A stretch of 64,000 nt of DNA from the human T2T-CHM13v2.0 reference genome, Homo sapiens. The stretch is taken from the NCBI RefSeq assembly GCF_009914755.1, contig NC_060925.1. One strand, written 5' to 3'. This document shows positions 56,813 through 64,000 of this stretch, in pieces; within the stretch, counting starts at the first letter, position 1; each line of letters opens with the position of its first letter. Below the pieces are notes generated by a model. That model did not search any database. It saw only the letters and a list, made by a program, of their open reading frames with translations, and had not been told where the DNA came from. Both the position numbers and the translations under genes were made by a program.

Positions 56813-58426
56813 CTTCCAAAGAGAAGAGAGAAACAGTGAACAGCTCAGCAAACGTTCACTACCCACTTCTAACTGGCATCACCCCCATCCGTGCTGTGGG
56901 AGCTAAAGGCTAGCGCTGCCATATCCTTGAGGTCAGGTTCTAAAGTCAGGTCAAATGATAGAGGGCCAGCACAGTGGCCTCTGAGGACAGGACGGGCAAC
57001 TGAAGCAGCATCTGAGACACAGGGGCTCTGCACGTGGGCCTTTCTGGATGACTGCGCTGGAAAGAGCGGCCCTGGGGGGAAGGGGCATTTGTGCGCCTGG
57101 CTTTCTAGCTGTAGTCAGTGTCACTTCATGCACACTTAGCCCCTGTCATGAATGCTGAGTTCTAGCAGGCTTGACCCCAGTAGAACACAGAGGCCATTGT
57201 ATTCTGGGGGCATGTGGTCCCTACGACAATTGTCCATTTTGGAGAGCAGGAAGGAGAATTTGACAGAATCCCAGAACTACACCCATAGATTGTGACTTTA
57301 ACACAGATTGGGGCATGGAGAAGGGTGATACTTTGTACATTTTTATTGAGGAAATAAAGAAAAGGGAGGGGAAATGTATTCTTTTAGTTATCTAACTAAG
57401 GTCAAACTCCTGAAGTAACCACCTCTTTCCTCTTGGCCAGGACAGCCTGGGGGTTCCAGGAAAGCCCATAAATCTCCCCTTCCATGAAAGGTGGCACCCA
57501 TGGCTGCAATCCTGTGGCTCCTTGTAGGGCGGCCGGCCCAGCCTTGGCTTCCCCTGGCAGGAAGGTACTTCCCTGGAGAGCTGTTTCCCATGAAGGAGAG
57601 GGAGGGTGACACTAGAAATGTTCAGGTGCAGCCCCCCGTCTCCACCTGCAAATAACCTCACCCAGAACCAGAGGCCAAGCCACTGCAACTCTGGTGCTTG
57701 ATGGAAAGCATGAGCCATGGTAAGGAAAACCTGAACACTCAAAAGGAGTGGGGGAACTCTCCAAACCTGACCCATTTTTGCCTTGACACCATCGATTTTC
57801 CCTGTCTACCAGGTCACATAGGAGCACTGCTGGGTATTTATTTACTTTTTTCTCACTGAAGAAGCTCAAGTATTCATTTCATCTCAGCTGGTTTGGGATT
57901 CTGGACAAGTAACAGCTTATTTGGGTGAAGTCCTTAGAACTCTCCTTGTCTAGTATTTAAATACCTAAAAGCAGTGGGCCATCTCAGCAGCTTTAAAGTC
58001 AAATCGATTGGCTGAGAAGCAGTGAAGCTCTAACTCCAGCATTGACAGGTGTCCTTTCCTCTCCCTCAGGCCAGAATCATGTGAGAAGAGTCCTGCTGTG
58101 TGAATGGGTGGAGGGCATTCTCCGTCATGCCCCGGTGTAGGGCAGATGGCCACAGTTCTGCAGAACCTCTGTATCCGGTGACTCCTTTCAGTGCCTGCCT
58201 GGGCATTATCGTTTACAGGATATCTGCTCTGTATCTTGTCTGCTTTCAAGAGCAGCTAAGCCACTTCGTGTCTAATCACTGTCCTTTGTCACTCTGGGAG
58301 CCCCATAGAGAAGGGGATGGGGTTCTGCAGGCAGAAGGGTGGGAACGCAAGGCAGGTGCCACGCTCAGGCCAGGAGCCCATGCCACCATCCCAGCCTGTC
58401 CTGGTGAGCCCTGCCCAGCCCCTTAC

Positions 58427-58875
58427 CCGAGTGGCCTGGCTGGCAGCCCTGGCTGAGGGGCCCATCACGATGTTGACGCTGCTGGATGACTGGGTGTCAC
58501 TGGTATTGCCCCCCTCCGCAGCAGAGAGTCCGGAAATGACGAGCGCGCTGGAAAAGCTCCTCTTGCCGAAGAGGAAGCTCAGGGTGGAGCTGGTGGAGGA
58601 GCCCAGGCTGGACCTGATGAGCGCCTCGGCCCGCTCACGGACACTCAGGTGGCCGGTGGTGGTGACGGGCGGGGGCTGAGAGTGCAGGGACGTGGCCGAG
58701 GCGTGCAAGGAGAGCTGGCTGCCCGAGAGCCTCTGGGCCAGCTCGTGCACTGAGGTGGACGTCTGGAGGAATGTTTGGCGGCTCTCTAAGATGGGGCCAG
58801 ATGAGCTCAGCATGGGCGGCCTTTGGCTTAGCGCTGAGTGTGCCTGCACGGACTGGCTCCTGCCTTTCCTCCTGC
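58427..58875 (-). CDS. PCNX2: PCNX2 penultimate coding exon (Ser-rich C-terminal region GRRKGRSQS...ASQATR)
   Basis: Acceptor TGCTTTCTTTTAAAG|, donor CGG|GTAAGG; 449 nt open frame, phase 1 to phase 0; CpG-rich coding-like composition; upstream exons lie beyond the window. Confidence 0.92.
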
Positions 58876-61506
58876 CTTTAAAAGAAAGCAGAACACAGAG
58901 TTGTAGCGGGTGGGTCATGAACATCGATACCTGTGTGGTGCAGCAGGTGGCCTGCTCTGCCTGGGCCCAAGGACCCCTCCTCAGTGCACCACCTGCAAGG
59001 CTGGGACAAGAGCTGGAAGCCTGACCACTGCCTCACCCACTCCCTCCCGCCAAGTCCAGGTCCTGAGAACCAAAGGGCCGACTGAAGGGCACCCAAGGGT
59101 GGGGGCTGGGGTTGGGGGTACAGTGTGAGAAGCTGCAGCCAGGGTGACAGATCTGCTCAGTTTGCCAGGACATTCCTGGTTCTAGCACTGAAAAGTCCCA
59201 CATGCCTGGAAGCTGCTTACTTCAGGCGAACCAGGACAATGCCAGCAGCAGAACTTGGGCTCATAAAGTAAACCCAAATATGATCCTGGCTCAGGACCTT
59301 GGTTCCCATGCTCATCCGATCAGCAGTGATAAAGGAAAACGTGCAGGGTTCTGTCATTTTTATTTGCCATGAAAAAAGAAGAAAGGGGAGGAGAGCTGAA
59401 AGCCCATGCCCTCGCCTCTTTTCCAGAATAGCTTTCCCTTACAGGCCCGCAACTACTGGCCAGGCCCGGGCCTTGCTTCCCATGCTCTTCTCAGCCAGCC
59501 CCTTTGCCCACTGCCTCGCCCCTCAGGGGCCCTGCCACCCCAGCCTTTGCTGAAACTTGTCTAGACAAGGCCATTTTTGACAAAAGGGACTGGACTACCC
59601 CCAAAGATGTGGTTGTGTCCATGCTGCTGGAAGCAGGATAACTTCATGGGGTCTTCTGTGCGTGATGGCCCTGTGCAGCCTGTGGTTCAGCTTTGCAGTC
59701 TAAGCAGTCTGAGGAAATGGGTGCTGGCTAGAACACCGGGTTGCTTAACTTGAGCATCCATGATCACTAGGGGCTAATTGCAAAATATCATTTTGATGGG
59801 AGCAGCTAGTGACATCATGGTTCTATGAACGGCATCATGGGCATATCCCTGCAGCTGCTACAATTAGGCATTAAATAAAGACAAACAAGGGGGCGGAGGC
59901 ATGAGTATCAGAAAGGACGTCCTATGCATTGCCTTGTGTTCCACCTCACCCCAAATGCCCATTATTCATTATGCATCTGGTGATTGTGAAGCGGGCGTGG
60001 CTGCCTCCAGGAGAACCCAAGAACTGACACATCATGTGAGAGGCAATTCCTTAGGGATACACATTACGAAGGGGATTCCAGGGTTCCTTCCAGCCCCACC
60101 CCACCCCACCGTGGCCTAGGCTGAAGGGGCCTTTCTGCCTCCTGTTGACCACAGTGCCAGTTTGGATGCTGTGATGGTCGAGTGCCCATTTGCAGAGGGC
60201 ACTGGTGCTCCCATCTCACTTTCTCCTGCCCGTGTGTTGACAGTAAGGAGCGCTCGCCCCACAGTGCTGGGGGCTTCCGCAGGACGGGGCTGCCCTCCCT
60301 GGGATGAGTGTGCTCAGCCCCTCGCATGGGGCCCACCCGCCTCTGCTGCAGGAGGGGTGCATTCGGGCCGGCCTGAAAGGTCCCGGCTGAGTAGTTGAAT
60401 ATATTCCTCTTACAGAGAAAAAGGAGAGGAGGAAAGGGACCCTGATGAATCAGAATGAAAAATAAGGAGGGTGATTTGTTAGTTTATTCAGTGTCTGGCA
60501 AGGCCGGACGTGTGTTTGTGATTTCTATCGTAAAGCTGATCACTGTCCAAAAATACTCCACATTTATCCACAAGTCAGTGATTGTGATGCTCAATAGAAG
60601 ACCACCCATACTTGGTGGGGAACTTCCTAGAGAATTCCAGGAACAAGGGGACAAATAACCCACTGTGTGTCAAAGGGAAGTGGCCTGCTGTAGTCTGTGC
60701 AAGACAAGGACTCCCCCGCCACCCGATTTCATTGCTTCAGGTTTTCTCATTGCTCTTTTTTTTTTAAATTAATTTTGCAAATGGAACAGCACTAAGGAAG
60801 CAAACCATGCTAAATGCATTTGTGCTACTCAAGATCATTATTTTACAATTTAACTTATTTTGCAAATAACTCTATTACCAAGTTATGAATGTTTCTAGGG
60901 AAAACCTTTTTAGAACCTGAATGGAAATACCTTACATATAAATCACCCTCCTTGGTTTATTATCGTGGCACTTAATTCCTTTGTCTTTGATGTTATCTGA
61001 ACAATCGTGGTGTAGCTCCTTAGTAATATGAGAACACAGCCTCCCTCTCCAATCTGGGATTCGGATTAGTTATGAATTCCTAACTGCTCACCAGTAAGTA
61101 GGTCACCAGCCTCCACTGCTAGGCCAACTCCCCTTCCAGCTGTGACATATGCTTTTTACCCCAGCAAGACGTTTGCAGGTTGTCAGGACCTAGATGAGGC
61201 TGGCGTAGTGAGCGCCTGGCAGCTGGGTGCAAAGTGCTGTGTGCACCAGCAGCAGCAGATGCACAGCGTGGCTGGCCTGGGGAGAGGAGTTCTGTCTGTG
61301 AGGTCTCAGGCAGGAGGGACCCCAGTCCGCTCAGCCTCTAGCAAGGGCTCAGGATTGGGATACCTGACCAGAATTGAGGCAAGGACCAACGAAGGGTGGG
61401 GGCAGTTGGGTCCCCAGTTATGTGAGTTGAGTCTTGGTGACTTGGTGAGTAAAACAAGACCCTTGTTAGAATTTGTTTCAAATTCGCCCTTCAAAACTGC
61501 TCACTC

Positions 61507-61800
61507 GGCCGGGCACGGTGGCTCACGCCTGTAATCCCAGCACTTTGGGAGGCCGAGGCAGGCGGATCACGAGGTCAGGAGATCGAGACCATCCTGGCTA
61601 ACACGGTGAAACCCCATCTCTACTAAAAATACAAAGAATTAGCCAGGCGTGGTGGCGGGCACCTGTAGTCCCAGCTACTCAGGAGGCTGAGGCAGGAGAA
61701 TGGCGTGAACCCAGGAGGCGGAGCTTGCAGTGAGCCGAGATAGCGCCACTGCCGTCCGGCCTGGGTGAAAGAGTGAGACTCCGTCTCAAAAAAAAAAAAA
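61507..61800 (+). mobile_element. AluY (Yk-like diagnostics) in PCNX2 intron
   Basis: AluY consensus with GAGATAGCGCCACTGCCGTCCGGCCTGGGTGAAAGAG variant; perfect 14-bp TSD AAAACTGCTCACTC. Confidence 0.93.
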
Positions 61801-63795
61801 CTGCTCACTCTTTGCTACTTGGCTAAGGGTCTCTGTCATGCCCTTCCCAGAGAGGCAGGTCCTCCACTCTGAGAGGCCCCCAACCACCTCTCCAATGGCA
61901 CTCAGCACACTGTGTTGTCACTGTCTGATGCACGGTCCTCTCCACTATGTGCCCTTTCTGCAGCAAAGGACCCCTGTATCACTTCTATGAGCTCAGCACC
62001 CAGTACACTAACATGTAAGTAAAGGATACACAGGACAAACCTGCAAAACTGACCAGATGCCAAAACGCTGATTAGAAATCCAGTGAGCTTCAGAAAGTTC
62101 GGGGTGGGTACAGTGTTTCTTAAACTTGGCCATTAGAAGCATTTCAAAAAATTAATCAATATCTTGACTAGAGGCTGAGACCCATAGGCAAGCGCCTGTA
62201 GATGGGCCCAAGGGGCTGCCACTGCAGACTGGAGGGCAAGCTAAAGGTTAGGAAAATAGGAAGGTGATTCCTCCATACTTCCAGGGTCAAGTCCAAAGAT
62301 CTGGGATCAGGGAATGTTCTCCCCATAGCTGGAGACTGGCCTCTAACGCCCCTGCACTGGCCAAGCAGGTCTCTGGCTTCCTTTCTGGGAGCTGTGTGTC
62401 TCAACTCGGACGGGCATGGTTGTTTTACTTAACTAGAAGGAGGGTGAGAAGGAGGCCAGAGACTGAAATCAAATCCAGTTATCTTCACATCCCTGAAGGG
62501 AATGATGGCCTGCTGGGAATGGCAGGTAGGTGGTTTCCGCAAAGTGTCCCGGGCAGGGCCAGGCAGAGCCGCCCCTCCCATTGTGGTAGCCTCCTTCTTG
62601 GGCTTGCTCTCCTTGGAACCTGGGCTACCTGCACACTGGGTCTCAGGTGCAGTGTCTTGAGGGGAATGAAAGCTCTGTGCTCCCGGTCGCAGTCAGTGCT
62701 AGAGAGCCTTCTGGATAGTTGAATCACATCTTGGAGGGATTCTGGCCGGGGGATTGGGGCACCAAGGTCATGATGGTACATTTCAGGAGAGCCAACAAGA
62801 TCGGCAGCTCTTGGCTCCACTGCTCTTGGCTGTGACAGAACCTGCCTACAGCTGCAACTCTGAGACCCAAGGGCTTTGCACCCTCGCCCTCTAGGGAAGC
62901 TGTAGTGTAAGTGGCTGAGGCCAGGAGGGGTAACCATCCACTCATTCGTCCAACCTTTGTCTGCTGAGCCCAGATCATGCTTACCACCCAGCCCAGCACC
63001 TCAGAGGTTTCCCTTGGTGGCCCCTGCAGCCGTCTCTGTCCCCACAGGGCCAGGAAGCTGTGGAGACAGGAGCACGTCAACCAGCTCCCACCCACTCCTG
63101 CTTGGCCGTGTGCTGGGTTCCCAGGACTCCAGAACTCCCTGCCCCAAACTGGGGCCTGCACAGGCCTCTTCCCCAGGGTCGTCTCCCAGGGCGGACCTTG
63201 GGCCTACTTGCAGGCACGTGCACCCCCAGACGGGCATGTGAATGGGGAGGCTCCAGTGCATGCAGGCAGCCCCTCACCTGGCAGGATGTGGGGAGAGTGG
63301 GGAAGAGGGTGGTGTGGTCTTCACATGTGCTCCTGTCACAGGCTCTGCAGAAGTTAGGGCTGCCCACCTGAGCGTCCACCGTGGGCTGCACTGTCCTAGG
63401 TGCCGGGCAGTGAGCAGCTCATGGGAAATTCTGACCACAGACAAGGCACATGCATCAGGCAGGGATTGGAGGGGAGGAGAAAGTGGGGCAGGGGGACAGC
63501 AGTGCTGTATGGAAGGCTGGCCAGGGTCTCTTGGATAAGCTGGGATTTGATGGGAGGCTGTGTGAGTAAGCGAAGGAGCTGCAAGCCTGGGAGAGGGACA
63601 CTGGGGACAGAGGAGGCAGCAGCTGAGGGGGCCCTGGAAAGGAGAATGCTTGACACTGTTGAGGGACAGCAAGAGACCGTGTGCTGGGGATGTGGGCTCA
63701 TAAGAGAGGGCTGAGAGAAGGGAGAGAAGGCGTGAGAGAGAGAGCAGACCAGATGGGGGCCTGCGGGGGAGGGGTGCTCATGGGATGCGCGTGGG

Positions 63796-64000
63796 TGTTC
63801 CGGGCTGAATCATGTTCCCTCCCCAGACTCCTCTGTTGAAGCCCTAACCCCCAGGACCTCAGGGTGGGGCCTTACTTTGACACAGGGTCGTTGCAAATGT
63901 CATTAGTTAAGATGAGGTCATACTGGAGTAGGATGGGCCCTGAGTCCATGATGACCAGTGTCCTTATAAAAAGGGGACGTGTGGACACAGAGAAGTACAG
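63796..64000 (+). mobile_element. MLT1B-like MaLR LTR (runs off window)
   Basis: GAAGCCCTAACCCCCAGGACCTCAG and TTAAGATGAGGTCATACTGGAGTAGG motifs. Confidence 0.75.

Noticed and set aside
57392-57775. 127-aa ATG ORF in the last PCNX2 intron
   Set aside because: No family motif, promoter or splice link; it would lie downstream of a stop in any read-through transcript
60464-60953. 14-bp perfect inverted repeat (AAGGAGGGTGATTT / AAATCACCCTCCTT) about 460 bp apart as possible MITE ends
   Set aside because: No TSD, the match does not extend, and a rough estimate gives about a 1-in-10 chance of such a pair in a window this size
62168-63714. Dense stack of overlapping ORFs on both strands
   Set aside because: High-GC intron depleted of stop codons; none match the PCNX2 sequence or any recognisable protein

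Overview
This is eukaryotic, primate (almost certainly human) genomic DNA, about half interspersed repeats; it is not prokaryotic, so most entries in the six-frame ORF track are spurious. Two genes can be supported. (1) NTPCR (C1orf57, THEP1-family P-loop NTPase), complete on the + strand. It has a CpG-island promoter at about 22.8-23.4 kb and five coding exons (23050-23083, 27897-28059, 28687-28783, 42251-42460, 50505-50573). These splice with canonical GT-AG into 573 nt = 190 aa + stop, with Walker A GPPGVGKT and Walker B CVIDE. (2) The 3' end of PCNX2 (pecanex 2) on the - strand: the last two coding exons (58875-58427 and 56812-56639) and the 3' UTR, converging tail-to-tail with NTPCR. From recall this gene pair lies at human 1q42.2. 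Bases 1-22,700 are intergenic and contain a decayed ERVL internal region, several solo LTRs, Alus, L1/L2/MIR fragments and DNA transposons. I found no convincing wholly new biological system. The best leads are regulatory or structural: probably overlapping convergent 3' UTRs, an intron-read-through PCNX2 C-terminus, a T19 splice-acceptor tract before the Walker A exon, a CUG-initiated overlapping uORF, inverted Alu pairs, a sense THE1 LTR with a DUX4-type motif, a 38-bp VNTR and several template-switch-like duplications. Repeat subfamily names are from recognition of consensus motifs, not from a RepeatMasker run.
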